Positions 12,171 through 24,120 of a DNA stretch of 64,000 nt are shown here, piece after piece (the stretch's first letter is position 1; every line of letters starts with the position of its first letter). Under the pieces are notes generated by a model. It searched no databases. It was not told where the DNA came from and saw nothing but the letters and a program-made list of their open reading frames with translations. The stretch lies in contig CM059453.1 of NCBI GenBank assembly GCA_030390025.1, forward strand, positions 6,386,001 to 6,450,000. Direction: 5' to 3'. Made by a program: the position numbers and the translations under genes. The stretch is from Squalus acanthias. Its lineage: Eukaryota.

Positions 12171-12892
12171 NNNNNNNNNNNNNNNNNNNNNNNNNNNNNN
12201 NNNNNNNNNNNNNNNNNNNNNNNNNNNNNNNNNNNNNNNNNNNNNNNNNNNNNNNNNNNNNNNNNNNNNNNNNNNNNNNNNNNNNNNNNNNNNNNNNNNN
12301 TAGTAATCCATTGTGCTATATCTTCAATTACTACCCGCCACAAAAGTGGAGCTATGGATTTTCCGTTAATTTGTTTAATATTAATGGACATTCCAATTAC
12401 AACGGCCGAGCTCATGTTAATAATCTACAACGATGTATTTTCAATGTGCTAATTAGAATTCCTATGCTATTCTGACACAGTGATATCACAACACTAGTTT
12501 CTCCCTTGTACCGATTCTCAGATTACCATTTCAAGTTGTGTATGTGTTTAGCATTGGTCAGTTATTTTCACACAATATTAATCTAAGGCTAGTAAATTAT
12601 TCATGCACAACTATCACACCGCGCCATTTAAAACCATTTGTACATGGTCAAACAATATAATTTAAAGGCTGTAAATGTTCCATTTCTTATCGTGCAATCA
12701 AAACTCGGTTAATCAAAGAGAAGAATTTCATCTGTATCACTTGAATGAAGCTTTGAGCTCATCGGTTCTCATTTTGAATATACATGAATCTATGGACTGC
12801 TGCATGTTGGAAATGCAGAACCAGCAATAAACTAATGCGAATATTGTCGATTCTTATTAATAGTCTTAATTCAGGAAAAGACTGGGTCCAAT

Positions 12893-13588
12893 GGGCAAAA
12901 ATTGCGCTTGGAGGTGTACCTCCAGCGAACGCCTCCGACTGGTGAAAAAATTATGCACCTACCTGATGGCGACGAGGCTGCAAAAACTTGCGGTGTGAGG
13001 ATGCGAGGCGGAGGGCTGTGAAAGGGCTTTAAGATTCCAGGGACGAAGGCGTAAGTGTACCTGGAGTCACGTGGGCCTGGTCCTCCAATCACAAAGCAGA
13101 ATTCGATTTTAATCATTTCCGAGTGGAATCCCGTAATGAGATGTAATAGAATCCCGAAATCTAATCTAATTACAATTTACAGAATTGGAATTTAGACCGT
13201 AATTAGCTTCATTCCACCAATATTTAATTTTTTCCTAATAATTTTCAACATCTTTAAAAGTCTAATCTGGGACAATATTTGCGGAAACTCATTTTATACA
13301 GTGTACGTGGAGAATTTACGATTTTAAAATGTTTCAATCATGCCTGAAAAATCCTCTTACGCAGATGCACACATACCCTTCGCCTGTGCGCATCAACCTT
13401 AAAATTTCCGTGTGCAATTTCTGGCAAGCAATTGCTTTCTCTTGGTCCGCGCGGCTGTCCTGTCAACACGTACGCTGACAGACCGCAAAATCCAGAAAGC
13501 GCATGCAGAAATCCCGAACTTGCGGTGGATTTCAAAGGAGGAATTGCACCGTAACAAACCCCGCAACACCAACTACAAAATCCGCGCC
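12893..13588. mobile_element. Harbinger-like MITE
   Basis: gggcaaaaattgcg ... caaaatccgcgcc. Internal homology to 8527-9270. Confidence 0.65.
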
Positions 13589-14164
13589 AGTATAAAATAT
13601 TGTGGCTAAAGTGCAAAGTGAGAGAACGAATCATTACATCGCCTACCTTCACCAATTGAAAACTAACTCAGTGAAATGCGATGGGATATATTTTTGTTGA
13701 TAGCTATAAGAGTTTGATATGGAGAGTTTGAGCAGTGCCATGGATAGGGAATGGGACAAACATCAAAATGGGTCATCTATAATTCATCGTTAAACTGACA
13801 GTAATTCAGAGCGAGGCTACAAAGGCGTGAAACTATTTAAATGTCAAACTTATGCAGGAGAGCTGTTGAACTGGGACTGTTGTAAACGTAACTGAGACAA
13901 GAGATGCACCGTGTGATGTGTGCATTGGCACCAGCAATGGTTCCTGAAGATTATCTCCAATTTGTATTCCCACTGAAATCGAAAAGATTTGAAGACAGAC
14001 CGCATACCAGACAAAAGTATTGTCTAATGGATCCAATCTAGCAGTTTGCACTGTTTATAAATGGGGAAAAGCACAACTAAATATAGGTCATATGCTGAAA
14101 TCTAACTCGAATGGCTTATGTGTACATTATCACATATCGAACAATGACTTCGCGATTGGATTCT

Positions 14165-14665
14165 GATATAATGTTTTGGGTGTTTTATATGTAGAATAAC
14201 AGATACCTGGGAGTGAGTTACAGGCTGGAATCTAATGGAGTGTTATGGGGGTTTATATATAGAATAACAGATACCTGGGAGTGAGTTACAAGCTGGAATC
14301 TAATCGAGGATTTCGGGTGGTTTATATACAGAATAATAGAAACCCGGGAGTGAGTTACAGGCTGGAATCTAATCGAGTGGTTCGGGGGGTTTATATATAG
14401 AATAACAGATACCCGGGAGTGAGTTACAGGCTGGAATCTAATCGAGGGGTTCGGGGGGTTTATATATAGAATAACAGATACCTGGGACTGAGTTACAGGC
14501 TGGAATCTAATCGAGGGGTTCGGGGTTTGATATACAGAATTACAGAAAACCAGGAGTGAGTTACAGGCTGGAATCTAATCGTGCAGTCGGGGGATTATAT
14601 ATAGAATAACAGATACCCGGGAGTGAGTTACAGTTTGGAATCTAATCGAGGGGTTCGGGTTAATT
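14165..14665. repeat. 68-69 bp tandem minisatellite, ~7 copies
   Basis: Unit starts at 14211, 14279, 14348, 14417, 14486. Confidence 0.95.
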
Positions 14666-14764
14666 ATATCCTAATTGCCTCGCTGGTTCATATCACAGCT
14701 AACACATGAGGTCGGAGGGTGAAGTCTGAGCCAGGTATAATCTGCTAACTTGCTTCAATCGCAG

Positions 14765-15941
14765 GTCTGTGCCAGGCTGGCAGCCACCGCACTATGAATG
14801 ACGTTGAATGAAATGAAACAGCCAGTGATCCAATTCCTGATCACTGTCGAGTGACCCCTTCCCACCTGTTCACCGTGCACGTATCTTGGCTGGGTAAATC
14901 CAGGATCAGGAACAACTGTGAGTACGGAGCTCACTGGCAGTCAGTGCGCTTGAGTTAACAACGTCCACTGGATCCAAGAAAACAATTGAAAGTCCTATAA
15001 CTGTACGCTAGTAGAAATTAATCGCAGGCGGTAGCTTAAAACTGGCTTTATCGCATCGCAGGGAATTAAATAGTAAGAGGGCCGTATGAGAGGCGGCCGT
15101 TCCGTTATGCGCTTCTGTGCAAGACAAATCCCACTCCAACGTGTTCTGAAACGGAAGGATACATTGGGAAGGGAAAAGAACAGTCAGTTAGTTGTAAATA
15201 GCTTTAGATCTCCCGTGTACTGACAGTGTGTCACGTGATTAAATACAGTGGACGCACCGCGCCACCTACTGGTCGTAGCCAGATACTGCACATCCATCCG
15301 AACTCGCCATAATAACTATATTTACATGTCGCTAACAAACAGAATGCCAAGGTAAGAGAGACCAGTGTGAGTCTCTCTATCCCCGTATGTTTTGTTTCCC
15401 AACAATGATTCTGTTTAAATCGAAGCAGAAAACGTTTTTGGTATCGTTTTACCACGTGTTCTTTGTGCATCTCTATCACGTGTTCTTTGTCTATCTGTAC
15501 CCCATGTTCTTATTGGATCTGTACCACGTTTCCTTGGTGTAACTGTACCACGTGTTCGTTGTGTACCTGTACCACCTGTTCTTTGTCTATCTCTAACACG
15601 TGTTCTTATTGGATCAGTACCACGTGTTATTTGTGTATCTGTACCACGTGTTCTTTGTGTATCTGTACCACCTGTTCTTTGTTTATCTCTACCACGTGTT
15701 CTTATTGGATCGGTACCACGTGTTCTTGGTGTATATGTACCACGTGTTCTTTGTGTATCTGTACCACGTGCTCTTATTGGATCGGTTCCACGTTTTCTTG
15801 GTGTATCTGTACCACGTGTTCTTCGTCTACCTGTACCACGTGTTATTTCTGTATCTGTACCACGTGTTCTCTTTTATATGCAGCACGTGTTCTTTCTGTT
15901 GCCAACACACGAGCGAATATGCAGCTATTACATTTACCTGA
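14765..15941 (+). pseudogene. Putative decayed V-Ig / Tyr-motif receptor pseudogene, copy B
   Basis: Broken V-like exon 14765-15072 (..HCRVTPSHL..VSWLGK..HWIQENN*KSYNC..). NYIYMSL followed by a gtaaga donor. C-terminal TSEYAAITFT* (15909-15941). Confidence 0.4.
15451..15900. repeat. 24-bp minisatellite, ~19 units
   Basis: Unit accacgtgttctttgtgtatctgt in exact 24-bp phase. Confidence 0.95.
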
Positions 15942-16351
15942 AAAGGACCAGAACTTATAGAGGACGCTTCCCTGAATTTCTAAAATTTCAGTTTATTTGT
16001 AAAAAGGAACCAATTATAACAACGAAGAGATACGACAAGCTTTTACATTCAAGACATTGGAAAAGCTCGTTGTTCTTGCTTGCAGTATTTTCCCTAATAT
16101 TCTCCACTTCCAACTTGAACGCTTGCTGGAGTACGATTTCTCCAATCTCTCGCTTAAGCTGCTTTTTTGCAGATGCATTGCTTCACCATGACGTTTCTCC
16201 CGCGGCCCAATACCTCGGAGTCTGCTCCTGTCCTCACTGGATATCGAAAAGGCTACTTGCAGCAGGCTTCACTGAACAGCGATAAATACTATGGATGAAT
16301 TGCCCCTCTCTAACCCAGGGCTCCGAGTCCATTTGGATTCCCTCAGCCAAG

Positions 16352-16735
16352 ATAAAATTCTGACAGCGCTAGACAGACTGGATGCAGGGAGGAGGTTTCC
16401 TCTGGCTGGGGGCTCTAGACCGAGGGGTCACAGTCTCAGGATACGGGGTAGGACATTTAGGGCTGAGATGAGGAGAAATGTCTTCACTCAGAGGGTAGTG
16501 AACCTGTGGAATTCTCTACCACAGAAGGCTGTCGAGGCCAAGTCACTGAATATATTTAAGAAGGAGATAGATATATTTCCAGACGCAAAAGAGGTCAAGG
16601 GGTATGGGGAGAGAGCGTGAATATGGTATTCAGATAAAGGATCAGCCATGATCATAATAAATGGCGGAGCAGGCTCGAAGGGCCGAATCGCCTACTTCAG
16701 CTCCTATTTCTCTATGTTTCTTTCTAGGTTTCTAT
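16352..16735 (+). mobile_element. CR1 LINE 3' end
   Basis: KILTALDRLDAG..RGHSLR..FTQRVVNLWNSLP plus (ttctatg) tail. Confidence 0.93.
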
Positions 16736-17269
16736 GAGCGACTTGATTACTTTCGGAACTGCATTGCTCAACTGCATCGGTTAAAGCCATTGAGAGCAAT
16801 TGTGCGATGCAACTCACTGCCACCCCCCGGGTAACCTAAAGCTGATTTATTGCATAAGGAGGAAGCGTCCGCGAACGAAGGAAAGGGGAGTAACGGGAAA
16901 CCGTGCACTCTGGTCTCAAAGATGCCACATTTCAAAGTGTCCAACCGATAGATACAATGTAAGGGAAGTCTGACGGACACTTCACAGCCTTCTCATCGGA
17001 TTAGACATGTTAAACACGCTGTACACTTATGGAAGTTTTGGACCAATCGGTGCAGTGCAGACCCATGTTGCGGCCTGTGAACACAAAAAAATTCAAGCTA
17101 CTTACTTTGTGTTGACTATTGCCTGTTATTGAATCACTCTGAGCTGCTTCAACCATATTATGCAATGTATTAATAGACTATTAAACAGGAGAGCCAACCG
17201 GGATATTAAAGTGCTTTCACTGTAAGGATGATTCGTAAACATTTTTAGGGCAATTTGCAGTTCCCCATA

Positions 17270-17740
17270 GTGGTTGTGTTGCTGCAGTAGTAAACCAGAG
17301 GCCTGGACGTATGATCCGGAGACATGAGTTCAAATCCACCACGGCAGCTGGTGGAATTCCAATTCAGTTCATTAAATAAATCTGGAATAGAAAGCTAGCA
17401 TCAGTAATGCTGACCATGAATCTACCGGATTGTCGGAAAAACCCAATTGGTTCACTAATGTCCTTTAGGGAAGGAAATCTGCCGTTCAAACACGGTCTGG
17501 CCTGCATGTGACTCCCGAACCCCAGCAATGTGGTTAACTTTTAACTGCCCTCTGAAATGGTGTAGCAAGCCACTCAGTTAAGGGCAATTAGGGTTAGGCA
17601 ATAAATGCTGGCCTTGACAGCGACGCCCACATCCCGTGAATGAATAAAAAAAAATATTGCACCTGTTCAAGAAGGCGCCTCAGCACCACCTTCTCAAGGG
17701 AAACTTGGGATGCCGGATTTGCCAGCGACACCCACTGCCG
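17270..17740 (+). mobile_element. tRNA-derived SINE (second family) plus a duplicated LINE-shared tail
   Basis: B box gagttcaaatcc, core ggttcactaatgtcctttagggaaggaaatctgcc, tail cgacgcccacatcccgtgaatgaataaaaa. The tail recurs inverted at ~38950-39040 and ~52820-52950. Confidence 0.75.
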
Positions 17741-18105
17741 AGACTCATTTTTAAAATGTCCCTGCATTTTTCCACTGCCAATTTTAGAATTATGCCCCCT
17801 TCTGATCATCTTATTTCTTCTTGAAATGTGATTCCAACCGGTAGCTCTCCAATAATCAGATCTCAGCTTGCAAGCTTCAAAGCGAGTGTCAGCAGGATTT
17901 TTAACAGGAGCGGGAGCCCTGACTGACCTTTAAGTGCCTAACCCAGTTGAGCTAGACAGCAGACAGACTAATTGCTGTAGTGGTCCTTGGTTTTTCAACT
18001 GTTGGACAAACTAAAATCGCAATTTAAATTGCAGTTTGTTGTAATTTCTCTGATTCCTCCTGCAGCTCGAGCTCTTGCTTGTTCCATGTTCTGTGTGAAT
18101 GAAGG

Positions 18106-18745
18106 TCACCGTATGAATGGACATCGCGCAACAATCACCAGGCAGGAGTGTTCCCTCCCAGTCGGGGAACACTTTAGCAGTCAAGTACATTCAGCCTCGG
18201 ATCTGCGGTTAAGCATTCTCCAAGACGGCCTTAGAAACACACGACAACGCAAAATCATCGAGCAGAAACTGATAGTCAAGTTCAGCACTCATGAGGACGG
18301 CCTCAACCGGGATCTTGGGTTTATGTCACGATACATGACGTGATCCAGACTCGAGTCGTCGTTGGCTTGTTCACAGATGTGATTCCCAGTAAAAAAGTAA
18401 ACATTTTAAAATTTATCGTTTCCCATACCGACTGCGGCTTTTGACACATTGGACCCCCTGTTACTCCACCTCATTGTCTCAGTTGTATCTTGCTATGTCT
18501 TTGATGTGGTACCTTCCTGGCTGACCTGATTGCCTTTTGTCACACCTCGGCAGATAAACAGTCAGGAGGATTAAATGTATTCGTCTGCCATTGTAAGTTA
18601 CACATGCATTGCTCTCTATCTATATATGCTTTGGCGATTCTGTATTTCTTTACATCACCTGAGGAAGGGGCCAAGTAAGCTCCGAAAGCTTGTGATTTCA
18701 AATAAAACTGTTGGACTATAACCTGGTGTTGTGCGACTTCTCATT
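18106..18745 (+). mobile_element. 5'-truncated Penelope-like element (GIY-YIG C-terminus plus terminal repeat)
   Basis: MNGHR..PVGEHF..RKIIEQKLIVKF..GLNRD. Flanked by the 14-bp direct repeat tgtgtgaatgaagg (18092-18105, 18746-18759). Confidence 0.88.
18654..18696 (+). ncRNA. Minimal type I hammerhead ribozyme motif
   Basis: AUCAC-CUGAGGA-A-GGGGC/GCUCC-GAA-AGCU-U-GUGAU. Stems I and II pair; stem III is palindromic. Confidence 0.7.
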
Positions 18746-18839
18746 TGTGTGAATGAAGGCTTCGCAATCCAACAGCACCACACAGTGGCAGGCCGACAGC
18801 ATTACAAAGGCGTACTGTCACTGTATCATCAGACACATC

Positions 18840-19150
18840 TCACAGAATCACAGAATCCCCACAGTGCAGATAGAGGCCATTTCGGCCCATCGAGCCTGCA
18901 CCGACACATATCCCACCCTATCCCTGTAACCCCACTTATTTAATCCCCCCCTAACACTAAGGGTCAATTTATCATTGCCAAATCAACCTATCCCGCACAT
19001 CTTTGGACTGTGGGAGGAAACCGGAGCACCCGGAGGAAACCCACGCAGACACGGGGAGAATGTGCAAACTCCACACAGACAGTCACCCGAGGCCGGTTTC
19101 GAACCCGGGTCTCTGGCGCTGTGAGGCAACAGTGCTAATCTGCCACCGAG
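18840..19150 (-). mobile_element. HE1-like V-SINE
   Basis: Reverse strand tRNA head (gggttcgaaaccgg), core tgtgtggagtttgcacattctccccgtgtctgcgtgggtttcctccggg, CR1-like tail (gattctgt)n. Confidence 0.9.
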
Positions 19151-19689
19151 CTGATTCCAACAGGGGCAGAAATCCCGCAACTTGCGCAGACAAACTGCTA
19201 GTTTACCTCACCCTCCCCAACATAGACTGTTTAAGTATGTACAGGTGCGTTGATCGAAGTAGATGTGGCTGGAGAATGTGCTCTGCTTGATGCGATGCAC
19301 TTGCTTCCTTTGTCCGTTAGATGGCGTGCGCTGTGATCTGGTCGCTTTGTGCAAAACCTGTCGAAGCGCCAAAGACCATTTGAACCAATTTGCAGAGCAA
19401 GCACAGGAAGATTCAGTTAGCTGAAGGGAATCTTAACCAGGAAACGCAGTAAATCTTGCAAAGCTCCTGTCGGAATGTCTGTTCCGTTTATCAATACCTC
19501 CATGGGTGTATTATGTTGAATTAAAGCTAAGTTTGGCGATTTAACAAGGTGACTCTTTGCTTCACTTCATGAATAATATCTGGTTGCCGTTTGAACACCG
19601 AGTCATTTTATGGCAATCAACCTGCTTTTTAAATGTGACGGGGATATTGGAATCTGTGACACTGTGACGGCAAATAAATTAATGTAAAC

Positions 19690-20247
19690 AAATACAAAAG
19701 CAAATTATTGTGGAGGCTGGAAATCTGAAATTAAAACAAAAAATGCTGGACATACTCAGCAGCTCAGGCAGCATCCGTGGAGAGAGAAACAGAGTTAACG
19801 TTTCAGGTCGATGAGCTTTCGTCAGAACTGGCAAACTTTTGAGATGTAACAGGTTTTAAGCAAGTGCAGATGCAGGGAAAGGGGGAGGGGAGGAAAGAAC
19901 AAAAGGGAAGGTCTGTGAAAGGGTGGAAGGCAGGCGAGATTTTATGACAAAAAGCATGATGGTGCGAGGCGAAAGGAGGTGGTAATGGAGCAAGTAAATA
20001 AAAAAAAGATGGATTTAGAGGAGGTGTAAATGGGAATAGCAGAATCACCAGCAACAGCTTCCGTCCGAAAAAATGCGGGCAGAGGTAATGGACTTAAAAT
20101 TGGAACTCAATGTTGAATCCGGAAGCTGTAAAATGCCTAATCGAAAGATGAGGTGCTGTTCCCCGAGCTTCCATTGAGCTTCATTGGAACAGTGTAGGAG
20201 GCGGAGGACAGAGAGGTCAGAGTGGGAATGGGGAGCTGAATTAAAGT
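19690..20247 (-). mobile_element. Penelope-like element 3' fragment (second family)
   Basis: FNSAPHSHSDLSVL..EAQWKLGEQHLIFRLG resembles a GIY-YIG C-terminus; hammerhead motif downstream. Confidence 0.85.
19793..19829 (-). ncRNA. Minimal type I hammerhead ribozyme motif
   Basis: AGUU-CUGACGA-A-AGCUC(AUC)GACCU-GAA-ACGU-U-AACU, with one C-C mismatch in stem II. Confidence 0.62.
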
Positions 20248-20728
20248 TTGATTCTTGCTTTACAAACCGGTAGGGAATGTAGTGAGAGTAATCCAGAGAA
20301 AAGAGTTCAAATCCAAACATGGCAGTTTGAGAATGTGAATGCAGGTTTTACAAATCTGCACATAAAAAAGCTAGAATCTCTGCACTTGCTTGTAGCTGGT
20401 GAATGCCACTAAGTCAAATCAAACTCAGTGCGGCCATAGATGAGAATTAAATACATTCTTTGCCATCGTCTGTCTAGGTAGCGTGTCGAAATTATTCTAA
20501 TCATGAAGCTCATGTTGAATTAATCGCAGACCCGCCTCTTTATAATTCCAACCTTTCAGAAGGATACCGATGGAATCAAAATAAATAGAAAGTTTAGCTG
20601 CAGTAGTGAAGGAAACTGGTGGAAGTTGACTGGAAGGTGAAGGTTTATTACACTGGGCTGGGAGAGTGTGCAAATCTAACCCCACAACCGACAGAGAGAG
20701 TCAACGGTATCCGGCAGGGCTATTTAAC

Positions 20729-21387
20729 TGCATACAGTTTTGGTGTCCATACTTAAGAAAATACATACTTGCTCTCGAGGCAGTACAAAGAAGGTTCACT
20801 CGGTTAATCCCGGGGATGAAGGGGTGGACATATGAGGAGAGGTTGAGTAGATTGGGACTCTACTCATTGGAGTTCAGAAGAATGAGAGGCGATCTTATTG
20901 AAACATATAAGATTGTGAAGGGCTTGATCGGGTGGATGCGGTAAGGATGTTCCCAAGGATGGGTGAAACTAGAACTAGGGGGCATAGTCTTAGAATAAGG
21001 GGCTGCTCGTTCAAATCTGAGATGAGGAGAAACTTCTTCACTCAGAGGGTAGTAGGTCTGTGGAATTTGCTGCCCCAGGAAGCTGTGGAAGCTACATCAT
21101 TAAATAAATTTAAAGCAGAAATAGATAGTTTCCTAGAGGTAAAGGGAATTATGGGTTACGAAGAGCGGGCAGGAACTTGGACATAAGGCTGAGTTCGGAT
21201 CGGTCAAGGCGCTGTGGGTGGCGGGGCGGGCCCAGGGGCTGAGTGGCCGAGTCCTGCTCCTACTTCTTGTGTTCTTTAGATTTGAGGTTAGGATCAGATC
21301 AGCCATGATCTTATTGAATGGCGGAGCAGGCTTGAGGGGCCGATTGGCCGATTCCTGCTCCTATTTTTATGTTATTATGTTCTTATG
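20729..21387 (+). mobile_element. CR1 LINE 3' fragment (same subfamily as 134-861)
   Basis: ORFs 20666/20932. TTAAC duplicated on both flanks. Empty site at paralogous ~5150. Confidence 0.95.
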
Positions 21388-21409
21388 TTAACAACATAAT
21401 AGGGAGGAG

Positions 21410-21935
21410 ACCCCTCCAGAGACTTGAGCACAAAAATCTAGGCTGACACTCCAGTGCTGTACCGAGGAAGCGCTGCACTTTCGCAGGGCAGTACTGAGGG
21501 AGCACTGCACTTTCGGAGGGGCAGTACTGAGGGAGCGCTGCACTGTGGGAGGGGCAGTTCTGAGGGAGCGCTGCACTGTCGGAGGGGCGGTACTGAGGGA
21601 GTGCTGCACTGTCGGAGATGCCGTCTTTCGGGTGAGACGTTAAAGCAAGGCCCATTCTGCCCTCACAGGTGGATGTAAAAAATCTCATTGCCACTATTTC
21701 GACGAAGAGCAGGGGAATTATCCCCGGTGTCATGCAACAATATTTATCCCTCAATCAACATGACAGAAACAGATGATCTGGTCATTATCAAATTGCTGTT
21801 TTTGGGAGCTTGCTGTGCGCAAATTCGCTGCCACGTTTCCTAAATTACAATAGTGACCACACTTCAAAAATACTTCATTGGCTGTAAAGATCTGTGGGAC
21901 GTCCTAAATGGCGCTATCGAAATGCAAGTCTTTCT
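21410..21935 (+). mobile_element. Deu-type SINE with a short (~5 unit) 33-bp expansion
   Basis: Paralog of 5170-6070. Confidence 0.85.
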
Positions 21936-22747
21936 GTTCTTTTTGTTCCGAAATGAAATAAAAGTTCGAACTGTGAAATAGTTATTTCATTATTAAAGCA
22001 GATAAAAAAGTTTAAAATTACATTGACCATTCACGCTCTCTTCCTGCACCGTTTCGGAAGTATGTTTGGAGTGGACAATCTAGGGAATGTAAATCAAATC
22101 GTCTCACAAAGAGATTTTAAAATGTTAGCTATTACTCTCGGAAAGATATCCATTATCACAGCACTTCCTGGAGTGCGAGGTTCTGTTCGATATCATAAAA
22201 AAACAATTGTGTGAAGATATTGACCAGTTCCTTCTGTCAGAATAGGGTGAATGCCGCTGATTTTCATTTGCTTTTAATTGCGGCTTATTCACTGGAATCC
22301 TCGTGCTGGAGATATCGCTCCTGCTTTCGAAAGTTTGAAACACTGACAGCTGCATACAGGACCTCTTCACTTTGAGCTGACTGATTTGAAGGAGCCCCTC
22401 TCACACTAGTGCTTCTCTATTTGTCTTGTCTCTGCAACAAAAAGTAGCGCGTTAGATGTGGAGCTACTGAACCGGGTGAGATTGTGCTTACTGTACCAGA
22501 ATAACCCGCTTTTTTCCATCACTGCCACCATTCTAATTGTCCTATTTAGCTCCTTCTGCCTCGAAAAGGAAACCTTGGGCTTCCGCTGGCCCCGAGTACC
22601 GGCGCGCCAAGAGTATTGGCCCCTCCTCAACACTTAGCCGACTGATTTAGATAGCGCCGCGAAAGTTCAGAGGAGCGGTACCAAACAACATTTGTGACCG
22701 ACCATTTATGTCCCTTTAAAAATTTAATAGGTTCAAATAACACTTAC

Positions 22748-23005
22748 ATTGTACAGAAATCTGATTGGAGCTGTATGCGTTGCCCCAGATATTTTCAGCC
22801 ACGCACCAATACTCCCCCTCATCTTCAGAACTAATGCTGTGAAATATCTGCTTTAGTTCACCGGTGGAAGACCTGCTGATCTCTGTACAATCTCGGAGCA
22901 ATGATAAACTGACCGGTGGGTTCCCCATGGCGGTTCAGTATAGTAATAATGAACTTCCTTCCACTGTTACTATTGAGGAATTGAGTCTTGGTTTCCTCAG
23001 TGCAA
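22748..23005 (-). pseudogene. Siglec-like second C2-set exon (Cys codon mutated to TGA)
   Basis: ALRKPRLNSSIVTVEGSSLLLY*TAMGNPPVSL..EDEGEYWCVAENIWG..QISVQ. Confidence 0.9.
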
Positions 23006-23814
23006 CTGAAACACCCAAGATCATTGGTGTTATCGGAAAATGTCGGAGCAGAGGTTTAAAAAACAATCCGGTTGTCAACCAAATAAGAATATTAAAGCAG
23101 ATATGGTGGTTATATTGTCAACTGTAAATTTAAAAGCCAGCTTGAGATTATTGATGTTCCAAAGATAAGCTTACTTAGATCTGAAACATTCTTTAACTCA
23201 ACCTTTCCTCCTCTTCACTTCAAAGAGTTGTAGTGACTGCCTGGACGTGGTTCAGTTCCACAGATACGTCAATCAAGCAGCCATTCCTCCCAGAGCAAGA
23301 ACAGTTGTCTCTCACATCCCTTTAACAGAGCTGTTGAGGCCAATTGTATTAACCCGACCACCGCCCCAGCCAACTCGACACAGACCCTCTGTTTCAGGTA
23401 CTCTCTGGCTGCAGCTATATCAGGAAATGGGAGCTTTTGGAATAATATTTGACGTAAACGACAACCACGGAGCGACCAATATTACTCCATGGATCTGTAT
23501 CAGTGTTAAATAATACAACTTACAATAAATCTCAGATAGTAAATTTGGTTCATTGATTATAGAAACATAGGCCATTCAGCACTTCGAGTCTGTTCCACTG
23601 ATCAATTAGATCATGCTAAATCCATATCTTAACTCCGTCTACCCGCCTTTGCTTTAATGTAACCCTTAATGGCCTTATCTAAAAAAAAATCTATCCATCG
23701 CAGTTTAGAAATTTTCAATTTTCCGAGCCAGCTATCACTCCACTGAGAATAAAGACAAGTGTGGATCCTATTTACCAACAGGATGGTAGAAGGAAGGGTA
23801 CAGCAGTTACTTAC

Positions 23815-24120
23815 AGTCCAGTGTAAGTGTTTCTTGAACGGTACCCACGACACCATCAAATACACGCTTACATCCCATCCTTTTCCCTTTATGGTCCAGT
23901 GCTGGGGTGAAGGTGAAAGTTGATGAAACCGTCCAGGAAACCTCGAAACTTTGTCCACTGTATCTTGAAGTTTTTGTCTCTTGCAGTGAAGGAGGTTTAT
24001 CCTCGTCCTGAATCCACATCAGTTCAGGTTTGGCGGACGGACAAGTGGTGGTGACTCAGCAGGTCAAATGTGCTGTTTGTCCAGCAATCAGTCACCCAGA
24101 GACTGATATCCATGACTTAT
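23815..24120 (-). pseudogene. Siglec-like first C2-set exon (two stops)
   Basis: KSWISVSG*LIAGQTAHLTC*VTTTCPSAKPELMW..SSTFTFTPALDHKGKRMGC..TLTLD. Confidence 0.9.

Noticed and set aside
15463-15960. Cys-rich 165-aa ORF resembling a metallothionein or keratin-associated protein
   Set aside because: It is a translation of the 24-bp minisatellite, has no ATG start, and is not conserved in the paralog.
22020-22330. Further minus-strand Ig exon ending SVN(V/G)Q|gtaatt
   Set aside because: Only the last few codons look Ig-like; no Cys/Trp framework could be recovered.
22935-22937. TGA at a Cys position as selenocysteine
   Set aside because: The gene has several other stops and frameshifts; no SECIS recognised.
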